Below are positions 1 to 9,006 of a stretch of DNA of 32,000 bases, in pieces. Each line of letters begins with the position of its first letter. The first letter of the stretch is position 1. Source of the DNA: Candidatus Saccharimonadota bacterium. GTDB lineage: Bacteria; Pseudomonadota; Alphaproteobacteria; CAJXXZ01; 1604HC. The position numbers and the translations under genes are program-made. Location of the stretch: positions 300,001-332,000 of the forward strand of contig NZ_CP043314.1 of NCBI RefSeq assembly GCF_008189525.1, given 5' to 3'. Under the pieces are notes generated by a model. The model was not told the origin of the DNA. It worked only from the letters and a program-made list of their open reading frames with translations, and did no database searches.

Positions 1-2330
1 CTTACAATAGAACTTCTGATGGTAGATCAGGTGAGAATAGATTTTCAGGTGAAAGAAAGTTTGGAGACAGACCTTCTTATAATAATAATGGTCCAGGAAG
101 ATTCGGTGGAGAAAGAAGATTTGGAGATAGACCAGGATACAGCAGCGGAAATAGATTTGGAGACAGGCCATCTTATAATAGATCTTCTGACGGTAGATCA
201 GGTTATGGACCTAGAAACTTAAGCAATGAAGAGAATAGAAATAGAAAAAATGTATTAGATAGGTTTAACAAAGGCGGAAATAATCCATCCACTGCACGAA
301 GAGGAAGTTCTGGTCCTGGAGGAGCTAAAAAAACTGAATTCGGCCAGAGTGATATTTTTGAAAAAAGGACTGTTAGAAGGAACTTTTCTACACCTGTAAA
401 GAGAAATTATTCAGATAGAAGAGGGGATGAAAGAAAATCTAGATTCAGAGGATCAGATCAAAATTCTAACGAAAAATTTTCACACAGATTTTTAGGACAA
501 ATACATTCTGCTGATGATGTGGATTTTTCTTCTTCATCTTACTTTAAAAAACCTAGAGATAGAAAAAAGCAAAAAGATAATGTCATTAGAGTTGCTATTA
601 TACCTCAAGAAGGAATTTCGCTTATTGATTTGTCTACTCAAATAGCTGTTAGATCTAAAGATATTAAAAAGAAATTAGAAGAATTCGGTGTAAAAAATTC
701 TAATGAAATGATTGATTCAGAAGTTGCTTCTCTTATTGTAGAATCTTTTGGTCATAAGCATAAAATTGAGAGATCAGAAATGAATATAGAGCCTGAAAAA
801 GGTGAATTATCTGAACATAAAAGATCAGCTCCAGTAGTAACTATAGTTGGTCATGTAGATCATGGTAAGACATCTTTACTTGACTCTCTCAGAAAAACAA
901 ATGTTACTTCTAAAGAAGCTGGTGGTATAACACAGTCCATAGGTGCTTCTCAGATCTTCCTGAAAGACAAAGAAGGATTTGTTACATTTGTAGATACTCC
1001 AGGGCATGAAGCTTTTGGTTCTATGAGAGCAAGAGGTGTAAAACTTACTGATATAGTTGTGCTAGTTGTTTCTAGTGATGATGGAATAAAAGAGCAAACA
1101 GTAGAAGCAATAGATCATATCAAAGCTTTCAATGCACCTTTGATAGTTTGTTACACAAAAATTGATAAGGGTAGAAAAAATATAGATAAAATCAGACAAA
1201 TGCTTATATCACACGATATAGTTGTCGAATCAATGGGTGGAGAAACTTTAGAAGTAGAAGTTTCTGCTCATACAGGAGAAAATCTAGACAAATTCTTGGA
1301 AACCATATTAATGCAAGCAGAAATTATGGATCTAAAATCACATTACGAATGTAAGGCTAGTGGAATAGTTATAGAATCTAGACTTGATAAACATTTAGGC
1401 CCTGTTTCTTCTATTTTGATAAAAAATGGAAAATTAAAACTTGGAGATGCTTTTGTAGTAGGAAATACTTATGGAAAAGCTAGGATAATGAATTCCGTTG
1501 ATGGGAAGAAAATAAAAGAAGCACTTCCATCTATGCCAGTGGAAATAATGGGATTAAAGGGAGTTCCATTTTCTGGAGATGAGCTTATTGTTGTTGAAAA
1601 TGAAAAGAAGGCTAGGGCAATTGCTGAGTATAGAGAAAATAATAAAGATAAAAGTAAAAGCAATGATAAAAAAGAAGTAGATATATTGGATTACTTCAAA
1701 TCTGAAGAAAACTTTGAAATGAATTTTGTTATTAAAGCAGACTCATTCGGATCTTTAGAAGCTTTAGAGGCAGCTGTAAATAAGATAGAATTTGAGAAAT
1801 TGAATATCAACATTGTTAGATCTGGAACCGGAGATATAAATGAAAATGATATAATGATAGCAAAAAGTTCTGGGTCAATAATTATAGCATTTAATGTAAA
1901 AGCTGTTTCAGGGATACAAAAGCTTGCTAAAAAAGAGAGAGTGAAAATAAAAACATACTCAATAATTTATGAAGTATTAGACTATATTAATAATTTTGCA
2001 GAACATGTTTTGGCTCCAAAAGAAGAAGAAGTTTCTCTGGGTATGGCATTTATTAAAGCTATATTTGAGAAAAAGAAATTGGGAACAATTGCTGGTTGTG
2101 AAGTAGAAAAAGGAGTTGTGAAGCTAGGTAGCTTTGCTAGAGTAATTAGAAAAGGTGAAGTTATATATACAGGTAAGATAAATAGCTTGAAACAAAGAGA
2201 AAATGACAAGACAGAGATGGAAAGTGGTCAAGAATGTGGAATAATCATAGATGAGTACACAGATTATGCTATAGGAGACAAGATAGAGAGTTTCATAATA
2301 AAGAAAAAGAACAACTCATTTGAAGAATAA
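1..2330 (+). CDS. infB: translation initiation factor IF-2 (5' end lies upstream of the window)
   Basis: Frame 3 is open from nt 3 to the stop at 2328-2330. The track ORF 519..2330 only marks the first in-window GTG. G-domain motifs GHVDHGKTSLLD, DTPGHEAF and TKID are present, followed by IF2-type C-terminal domains. The first ~500 nt encode an R/G-rich RFGDRP(S/G)Y repeat region like the variable IF-2 N-termini. Confidence 0.95.
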   Translation, partial: YNRTSDGRSGENRFSGERKFGDRPSYNNNGPGRFGGERRFGDRPGYSSGNRFGDRPSYNRSSDGRSGYGPRNLSNEENRNRKNVLDRFNKGGNNPSTARRGSSGPGGAKKTEFGQSDIFEKRTVRRNFSTPVKRNYSDRRGDERKSRFRGSDQNSNEKFSHRFLGQIHSADDVDFSSSSYFKKPRDRKKQKDNVIRVAIIPQEGISLIDLSTQIAVRSKDIKKKLEEFGVKNSNEMIDSEVASLIVESFGHKHKIERSEMNIEPEKGELSEHKRSAPVVTIVGHVDHGKTSLLDSLRKTNVTSKEAGGITQSIGASQIFLKDKEGFVTFVDTPGHEAFGSMRARGVKLTDIVVLVVSSDDGIKEQTVEAIDHIKAFNAPLIVCYTKIDKGRKNIDKIRQMLISHDIVVESMGGETLEVEVSAHTGENLDKFLETILMQAEIMDLKSHYECKASGIVIESRLDKHLGPVSSILIKNGKLKLGDAFVVGNTYGKARIMNSVDGKKIKEALPSMPVEIMGLKGVPFSGDELIVVENEKKARAIAEYRENNKDKSKSNDKKEVDILDYFKSEENFEMNFVIKADSFGSLEALEAAVNKIEFEKLNINIVRSGTGDINENDIMIAKSSGSIIIAFNVKAVSGIQKLAKKERVKIKTYSIIYEVLDYINNFAEHVLAPKEEEVSLGMAFIKAIFEKKKLGTIAGCEVEKGVVKLGSFARVIRKGEVIYTGKINSLKQRENDKTEMESGQECGIIIDEYTDYAIGDKIESFIIKKKNNSFEE

Positions 2331-2340
2331 TTTATTTAAA

Positions 2341-2367
2341 GAATAACTCACTTGAGTTCTTTATTTT
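2341..2367 (+). terminator. weak candidate intrinsic terminator after infB
   Basis: Core stem AACTC(2345-2349)/GAGTT(2354-2358) with loop ACTT. A few outer A-T/G-T pairs extend it, followed by ATTTT. The stem is AT-rich and short, so support is limited. Confidence 0.3.
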
Positions 2368-2541
2368 GGCCATATTTCGAATTATTTTCCATATGATGGT
2401 ATTTTATATTTCTATTACTCATGTTCTTATGACAAAATATATTTTATAAGAAAATCACCTTTATGAAATAAATAATTGAAAAATGCTCTTGTTAGCTCTT
2501 AATTTAAGATTGAAAGAAAAAGATTTAAAAAGGATTTAGTT

Positions 2542-3831
2542 TTGATAAAAATAGTATTTAGAAAATTTTCACTTTTAAAACATTTGTTTATCAGCTCTAT
2601 ATCTATCTTTTTACAAATAAAATATGCGTACTCTAAAAATTTAGGGTATTTATTTGCAATACATTTTTGGTATTTTATTTGTTTTGAGAATGTATCGAAT
2701 TTTAAATTGAAATCTGATTTTTTTGTAGAAATATCTAAAACAGCTGTTTTTGGTGTTGTTGCATTTTTTGCTTCTAAATATTTTAATGTTTCAGTTTATT
2801 TTGCATCTTATTCAGTAATGTATTTTTATGTAAGCTATTTAGGATATAAAAGAAATAGCAAACTTATACCTGATGTAATAATTATAAGTGAAAAAATCAT
2901 GCATAAATGGCCTGTATTTGCAAAATATAAAATCATAGGAGAGTTAATATTAGATTCTGATAACATAGAAAATATAAAAAATACTATAAAGAAAGCTAAG
3001 CCAAGTATAATATTATGGAATTGTAGGGCTGGAAATTATTTTGCAGATTTCCTTGGTTGGTCAATAAAAAATAATATATATATAAATTATCTTAGAAAAG
3101 ATAAGCCAATACCCCCAAGTATAGAGCATTGTATGGAAGATTTCTTAGTAACCAACAAAATAGATATTACAAATAAAGAAAAAACAACAAAGAAAGTTGT
3201 GATATTTTCTCATGACATAGGTCTTCTTACAGCCCTATACAGAGAGTTTAAGAAAAACAATTTAGAATGTTTTGTTTTTTTAGATGCTAAAAGTTCTATA
3301 GCTTTTAAAATAAAGCTTTACAGGCAGTTTGGGAAACAGGTTTTAAATAAATCCATGATCAGAAAAGTAGGTGATTTTTTATTTATAGATTGCTCAGGTA
3401 TAATTTCTTTCAAAGAAGAATGTAGAGATATAAAGTTACTTGAAAAAATAAAAGAAAGAATTTGTTTGGTTTCAAGAAATAAAGGAGATTTTTTCTTTTT
3501 AAGTACAAAGACATATAACTCTGAAGACTTAATCTTCAATCAATTAACATTAGCTTCAGAGAATATAGTGAAGTTTTATAATGGTAAGGTTATAAAAACT
3601 CCATATTTAGCAAATTATTCAAGGAAATTATGTAATTATGAAAAGAACAGTTATATAAATATGGACTCTGGTTGGATAACAAAGAAGTTTTTAATAAGCA
3701 GCATTTCTAATATAGTATTACATAATCATATAAAATTAATCGAATCAGAGCATTTTTTGACAAAAAAAGACATGAAATCTATCTGTAATAACTTAAAAAA
3801 AGCTTGGTTTATGTGGTCAAAACCTTTATGA
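2542..3831 (+). CDS. hypothetical membrane protein (N-terminal hydrophobic segments, unassigned cytoplasmic part)
   Basis: 429-codon ORF in AT-rich DNA. TTG start at 2542 is preceded by AGGA (2531-2534) at 7 nt spacing. Hydrophobic N-terminal ~100 aa. No motif I can name with confidence. The next gene starts 18 nt downstream. Confidence 0.6.
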   Translation: MIKIVFRKFSLLKHLFISSISIFLQIKYAYSKNLGYLFAIHFWYFICFENVSNFKLKSDFFVEISKTAVFGVVAFFASKYFNVSVYFASYSVMYFYVSYLGYKRNSKLIPDVIIISEKIMHKWPVFAKYKIIGELILDSDNIENIKNTIKKAKPSIILWNCRAGNYFADFLGWSIKNNIYINYLRKDKPIPPSIEHCMEDFLVTNKIDITNKEKTTKKVVIFSHDIGLLTALYREFKKNNLECFVFLDAKSSIAFKIKLYRQFGKQVLNKSMIRKVGDFLFIDCSGIISFKEECRDIKLLEKIKERICLVSRNKGDFFFLSTKTYNSEDLIFNQLTLASENIVKFYNGKVIKTPYLANYSRKLCNYEKNSYINMDSGWITKKFLISSISNIVLHNHIKLIESEHFLTKKDMKSICNNLKKAWFMWSKPL

Positions 3832-3849
3832 TTTTTTTAGGAGCTCATT

Positions 3850-4785
3850 ATGCAAACTTACAGAAAAAAATTAGTGACTATTTCTATTGCCCTGCTTGTT
3901 TTCCCTTTGCTTTTTAATTTATTCTCGAAGCAAGATCAAAATCAAATAGCGTGGGTAGGAAATAGAAAAGTATCGAGACAAGATATTGTGTCTATGATAA
4001 GGTACTACAATTTGAGAAATGATACAAAAGAATCTATGCAAAGAAATATTTCAAATCTTATGAAGCTTTTAGTTGTAGATGAGAAGTTCAAAGAAATGAA
4101 AATTAATTTTTCCAAAAAGCATATTTTGCAATACATTTACAATAATGAGCATTTTTTTAGCAATGGAAAGTTTGATCCTGAAAAAATAGAATTAATACTG
4201 AAAGAAAGAAAAATACCTTATAAGGTTTTTCTAGATATACAAAAACTAGAAATGCAAAAGAAGATATTAGACCAAGTATCTGAACACGCAGTAAATAAAA
4301 ATATTTTTAATTCTGAAAAAATAGCAGTAGATTATGTGAGCAAATTACGAGAAAAAAGAAGTGGAAGGTTTGTTTTTATACCTAAACGAAATATATTAAA
4401 AAAATCTGATTCTGAAAAAGAAAGATTAAAAGATATAGTAAAAAGGTATGCTTATTTGTTTAATGCTAAAAAAGTAAGCGTATCAAAGAATAGGAATCTT
4501 TTGCCAAAAAGGATTGCACTTATTTCTTCTGATAAAGCAAAGAATATTTATCAAAAAATGCTTTTCAAAACAAAAGTAGGAAGTATTATAGCAGAAGAGC
4601 TTAGGGATGGAACTTATCTTGTTTCTGTTGATAAATCATATGACCCAACTAAAGGAAATGATTTGTCTGCAAGAGATGAAGTGAATAAAATGAAAATTTA
4701 CATAAATGATTATTTGCAAGATTTAAGCATGGAATCAATAGCAGGTGATTTATTGATTAAACATAAGGTAGAATTTTTAGCATGA
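3850..4785 (+). CDS. putative periplasmic chaperone, PpiD/SurA N-terminal-domain-like, no recognisable parvulin domain
   Basis: Strong SD TAGGAG (3838-3843) 6 nt before the ATG. N-terminal membrane anchor/signal (LVTISIALLVFPLLFNLF) followed by IAWVGNRKVSRQDIVSMI, resembling the start of PpiD/SurA_N proteins. The functional call is tentative. Confidence 0.55.
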   Translation: MQTYRKKLVTISIALLVFPLLFNLFSKQDQNQIAWVGNRKVSRQDIVSMIRYYNLRNDTKESMQRNISNLMKLLVVDEKFKEMKINFSKKHILQYIYNNEHFFSNGKFDPEKIELILKERKIPYKVFLDIQKLEMQKKILDQVSEHAVNKNIFNSEKIAVDYVSKLREKRSGRFVFIPKRNILKKSDSEKERLKDIVKRYAYLFNAKKVSVSKNRNLLPKRIALISSDKAKNIYQKMLFKTKVGSIIAEELRDGTYLVSVDKSYDPTKGNDLSARDEVNKMKIYINDYLQDLSMESIAGDLLIKHKVEFLA

Positions 4786-6971
4786 TTCCTGAGCATATTA
4801 GTGGAAATAAAACCTCTAAAACAAAGCGTTTTATTTATGGAAATCTGAAGACATTCAAAAAAATGATAAACAAACTAAATATATTTAAATCACCAGCTAT
4901 TTTTTTTAAAAAATTAAATCTATTTTTTTTGATTTTAAGCAGTGTATCAATATCTTTACATGCAAATAAATCAATTATAGGGAAGATAGACCTTATACAA
5001 AAACAAAGTAGCGTTATTGAAAATGAAATTGAAAAAATAAACAAAGAAATAAGTGAAATAAAAACTAATGTATTAAAAGGAAATAACTATTCTGAATACC
5101 ATGGAAGTGGACTGTTAAATGTTGGTAGTTTTTCAGGGATTTGGAAGTTTTTAGAAAAGATATATCAAAACTGGGTAGATATATTCCTAAATATAAAAAA
5201 ATCATTAGAATTTATGATTCAGCATAAAAAAACTAGAGAAGTTTTTTATAAATCAATACAAAGCATATTTTATATAGTTCTATATAATTGTATGATTTTC
5301 GGATTCCTAAAAACAATTGTTTTTTTCATAAAGAAAAGATTAGACAGTGCGTATTTAAAAAGTATAGTAAGTATTATTCCTAAGGTGTTTTTATATTTGT
5401 CATTACTTTTTTCTATTCATATTTGGTGTGGAAACTTGCCACAAGAAACTTATTGGATGTCAAACTTAATCAAAAAAATAGTTTTCTACTTACTTGTGTT
5501 TGATCTTTTTAAGTTTAGTTTTTACGATTTGAATATATTAAATAATTACAAAATATGTAAAAAAAGCCTGGTTGTTTTCTCTAAGAATATTTTGAGTATT
5601 TTGTTGATTTATTTTATATTTGGAAGTTTGACAGAGTTTATAAAAATACCATTAATCCAAAATAAAGATTTTTTCGAAAAGGATATAATTGACAACATAA
5701 GTTTTATATTTAATATCTTCTTTACTATAATAATGATAAATTTTGTTCTTTCATTTAGAACTATAATCTCAGAACTTATATTAAGGCTTAATAAGAAAAA
5801 CGTAATAAGGCAGCTTACTGGTCCTGTGGCTTTAAATCTTTTGATATTACTTATTATTTTGTTCCTATGGGTAGAATGGCACGACACTTCAAACAAGCTT
5901 ACAAGAATGATTGCATCTTTTATGATTTGGCCAATAATTTACTTCTCATCTCTCTATGTAAGAGTCTCTATCTCTAAGAAAATAAGATCAATAAATTACA
6001 ACCAAAGGAAATATATAATATCCTTTTATTTTGTTTTTGAAAAACTTACTAAATTTTTATTTTTTCCTGTTTCAATTTTAGCAACACTGAAAATATGGAA
6101 CATACCATTTGAAGGTTTTCTGTACAGAGTAATAAATCCAAATTTTTTGCACCTTTTATATAAGATGTTTTTATTGTGGTTTTTTTCATATTTTCTATTC
6201 AAGTTTTCAAAATATGTTTTGCATTATTGGATTTTTCATAAGTCCAAAAAAGATGATTGCAAAAGGTTAAAAGTAATTTTCAAAATAACTAGCTCGATAA
6301 CCTCAGGAGTTATATGGTTAGGAGCTTTTTTGTTTGGACTTTCTTTGCTCGGACTGGAGATATCTCCAATAATCCCTGCTTTAGGTTTTTTGACAGCTGG
6401 TCTTACAGTTAGTGTTTCTAGCATAATTAAAGACTTTTTAAATGGAATATTGATTCTTTTGGATAACACAATAACAGTTGGAGATATAATTCTAATTAAT
6501 GGTTCTAATGCGATCATAGAAGATGTTCATTTGAGATATATGAGAGCTAGGTTAGATAATGGGACTTTAATTACAATACCTTTTCACAAAGTAGAGGAAG
6601 TATTTAATAAGAGTAGAGAGTTTATTGGTATAGTTTTAAATGTTGCAGTGACATACGAAACAGATATAAAAGAAGCTACAGCTGCTATAGAAGAAGCATT
6701 TTTTAGAGTAAGGACTTCTGCAGAATTCGAGCATAAAATAATCTTACCTATAGAAAAAAGAGGTGTTTCTGAAGTTACAGGTCTATACATGACGTTGATG
6801 TTTAAATGTAAGGCAAAAATAGGTTCTCAGTTCAAGATACATAGAGCCATGAATGAAATGATAAAAATAGTTTTTGATGAAAGAGGAATTAAGATTCCAT
6901 CTTACGTTAGTTTGGATCAAATAAGCAAAGCTGCATCTACGAATACATCACCACCAGCATTATTTCATTGA
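4782..6971 (+). CDS. mechanosensitive ion channel, MscS family (large MscK/KefA-like form)
   Basis: C-terminal MscS core: GFLTAGLTVSVSSIIKDFLNGILILLDNTITVGDIILINGSNAIIEDVHLRYMRARLDNGTLITIPF. Many upstream TM segments and an N-terminal coiled-coil-like stretch. ATGA overlap with the preceding gene. An alternative start at ATG 4863 would give a cleaner signal peptide (MINKLNIF...LILSSVSISLHA). Confidence 0.9.
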   Translation: MIPEHISGNKTSKTKRFIYGNLKTFKKMINKLNIFKSPAIFFKKLNLFFLILSSVSISLHANKSIIGKIDLIQKQSSVIENEIEKINKEISEIKTNVLKGNNYSEYHGSGLLNVGSFSGIWKFLEKIYQNWVDIFLNIKKSLEFMIQHKKTREVFYKSIQSIFYIVLYNCMIFGFLKTIVFFIKKRLDSAYLKSIVSIIPKVFLYLSLLFSIHIWCGNLPQETYWMSNLIKKIVFYLLVFDLFKFSFYDLNILNNYKICKKSLVVFSKNILSILLIYFIFGSLTEFIKIPLIQNKDFFEKDIIDNISFIFNIFFTIIMINFVLSFRTIISELILRLNKKNVIRQLTGPVALNLLILLIILFLWVEWHDTSNKLTRMIASFMIWPIIYFSSLYVRVSISKKIRSINYNQRKYIISFYFVFEKLTKFLFFPVSILATLKIWNIPFEGFLYRVINPNFLHLLYKMFLLWFFSYFLFKFSKYVLHYWIFHKSKKDDCKRLKVIFKITSSITSGVIWLGAFLFGLSLLGLEISPIIPALGFLTAGLTVSVSSIIKDFLNGILILLDNTITVGDIILINGSNAIIEDVHLRYMRARLDNGTLITIPFHKVEEVFNKSREFIGIVLNVAVTYETDIKEATAAIEEAFFRVRTSAEFEHKIILPIEKRGVSEVTGLYMTLMFKCKAKIGSQFKIHRAMNEMIKIVFDERGIKIPSYVSLDQISKAASTNTSPPALFH

Positions 6972-7004
6972 TTTTTTATTTTGAACGCTTTTACTGCAAG
7001 ATAT

Positions 7005-7028
7005 ATGATTCTGTTTGCTGAGAATCAT
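7005..7028. other. perfect 8-bp inverted repeat (hairpin) 33 nt downstream of the MscS gene
   Basis: ATGATTCT (7005-7012), 8-nt loop GTTTGCTG, AGAATCAT (7021-7028). No U-tract follows, so a terminator role is uncertain. Confidence 0.3.
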
Positions 7029-7176
7029 GATAAACTTAATGAATATAATTTGAAAAGATTACTCAACTTAACAATACTAAATTACTGAGAAGCAGTTAAG
7101 TGATCTGAAGTTCGTTTTCATTCGAGGATCTCACTTTATATTTGACATAAAATAACTTTTTTACTAAAGTCACCAC

Positions 7177-8532
7177 ATGAATATAAAACAAACACTGACA
7201 TATTTAATTCTGTCAGGAAGCATGCTTGTGGGGGCAATGAATCCAATCTATGAAGACTCACTAAATAAAGGTAGACAATCTGTTTCACAACCTGAGTATG
7301 AATATCCAGGTTCTGATCAACAGCCATCTCTCACACGCAATTTAAATCCACGTAATCATACTAATAAATCAAGAACCTCTGAAGCAGAAAGTGATAGGGT
7401 TTTAGAGAGATTTGCAAAAATGCAAGTTACAGAACTTAATTCTGATCAGATGTACAAAAACGCTCAAGTAGCAAATGATTTGTTTTTCCTAAGAAGTACA
7501 AAAAACCCAGCTGCTAGAATAATTGTAGATGCAGCTAAAAAAGATATGGATGAACAAAAAATTCCTCAAGTAGATTTAACTGGTTTTTCACATAGAACTA
7601 GAATACTTATGATCAGGGAATTGCACTTATATTCCCTTAACAAATATATTTGTTTATGTAAGATGTTTAATATTGATCCATATAATAATAATGCTAATTG
7701 GGGACTAAAGTTTCTCATTATGAATCAAGATCAATCCAAGTGTGTAGTGAGTTTATTGCTATTACCTTCAGTAAATCAAGCAGGAAATGCTAAGGTGTTA
7801 GAAGAAGGAAAGTACAGTGATGTTTTTGAAAAATTAAAAGCATTACAAGAAAATAAAAAATTAAAAAAAATTATTGATGGGTTTTATAATGCAAGAAAAA
7901 CCCCTGAACATCACCAAAGATTTAAGCAAGATTATGGAAATTATACAGGAGAAAGATATGCTCTGGACTTCTTGTTAGATTTTGAAGTTTCTCGTAGATT
8001 GCTTACCAGTAGTATTGGAGTTAATGGATTAATAACTTATGAAGATAAAGTTGGATATGATTCTAATCCTATTGGCGTGTGTATAAGTGAAATACTTAAA
8101 TTTGAACCTGATGATTTCTGGCAAGTTTTTATGCAAACAACAAATAAAAACATAATCAAAGCAGTTAATTCTCCACAAAAAGATACATATAAAACTAGTC
8201 AAAATTCTGGGGGCAATGACAATGTATATTTATCTGAAACAAATATATTCTCAGGATATAAAAATAAATTAAGATCCAACGCAGCTAAGAAAGTACTAGA
8301 AAAAGGGTTGCAGAGTAAGTTGGAATCTGCAACAGAAATTCCTGCTGGGTCACCAGAATATTACCATCAGCAGCTTTTGGAAGCTTTTGGTGGAGCTAGT
8401 GAAAGCGAAAGTGATGAATCAGATTCAAATGGAGATCGTGTAATTTTTTCTAGGAATTACAATGAATTAGATTATGATGCAGCTATGCATATGCATCAAC
8501 CAAAGAAATACAGAAAAACTACTAAAAGCTAA
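7177..8532 (+). CDS. hypothetical protein with signal-peptide-like N-terminus (orphan, candidate secreted protein)
   Basis: 451-codon ORF. N-terminus MNIKQTLTYLILSGSMLVGAMNP. Acidic Ser/Asp/Glu patch near the C-terminus (ASESESDESDSNGD). No recognisable catalytic motif and no SD. Flanked by 205 nt and 474 nt of non-coding DNA. Confidence 0.7.
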   Translation: MNIKQTLTYLILSGSMLVGAMNPIYEDSLNKGRQSVSQPEYEYPGSDQQPSLTRNLNPRNHTNKSRTSEAESDRVLERFAKMQVTELNSDQMYKNAQVANDLFFLRSTKNPAARIIVDAAKKDMDEQKIPQVDLTGFSHRTRILMIRELHLYSLNKYICLCKMFNIDPYNNNANWGLKFLIMNQDQSKCVVSLLLLPSVNQAGNAKVLEEGKYSDVFEKLKALQENKKLKKIIDGFYNARKTPEHHQRFKQDYGNYTGERYALDFLLDFEVSRRLLTSSIGVNGLITYEDKVGYDSNPIGVCISEILKFEPDDFWQVFMQTTNKNIIKAVNSPQKDTYKTSQNSGGNDNVYLSETNIFSGYKNKLRSNAAKKVLEKGLQSKLESATEIPAGSPEYYHQQLLEAFGGASESESDESDSNGDRVIFSRNYNELDYDAAMHMHQPKKYRKTTKS

Positions 8533-9006
8533 GATTAACTTTTACTGATACGGATGTATTTATTCCACTAAACCAATCCGGGCATACTTTTGTATTTTAT
8601 GAATTACATTAATATTTGCATTTGATTAAGAAGTTTTTTTTAATTTAACCATACACTCTCAAGTTCCATGATTCCAAACACTTCAGAATTTCCTACATCC
8701 TGCGGTTATGACTCTTAATTTAACATATCCTATACAAAACCAAAGAATCAAAATATCTTAAAATTAATTAACATAGATAACTTGTTTCATGTTCATGTGA
8801 ATTTAAAGCTCTCTCTATAAAGCAAATGAAAATCTCCAGAATTTAATCTCAAATTTAGAATTGTAATAAAAAGCTAATGTTAATGTAATAAGTTTATTTA
8901 ACAATTTATTGTGACTTGTTTTGTTTTAGGTAATTTATTTTGATTTTTGAATAATTTTATTATAGGAGTTCATTATAAGAATTACAGAATTATATTTTTG
9001 AATGTT

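Noticed and set aside
19-222. 67-aa plus-strand ORF at the start of the window
   Set aside because: It is an alternative frame across the repetitive infB N-terminal region. The infB frame (frame 3) is open through the whole segment and continues into the G domain.
7098-7135. Imperfect hairpin (AAGTGA...TCACTT) and a GAAGCAG string that briefly suggested an SRP/4.5S-like RNA
   Set aside because: There is no GGAA tetraloop or conserved domain IV context. The stems are interrupted and AT-rich, so there is not enough evidence to call an RNA gene.
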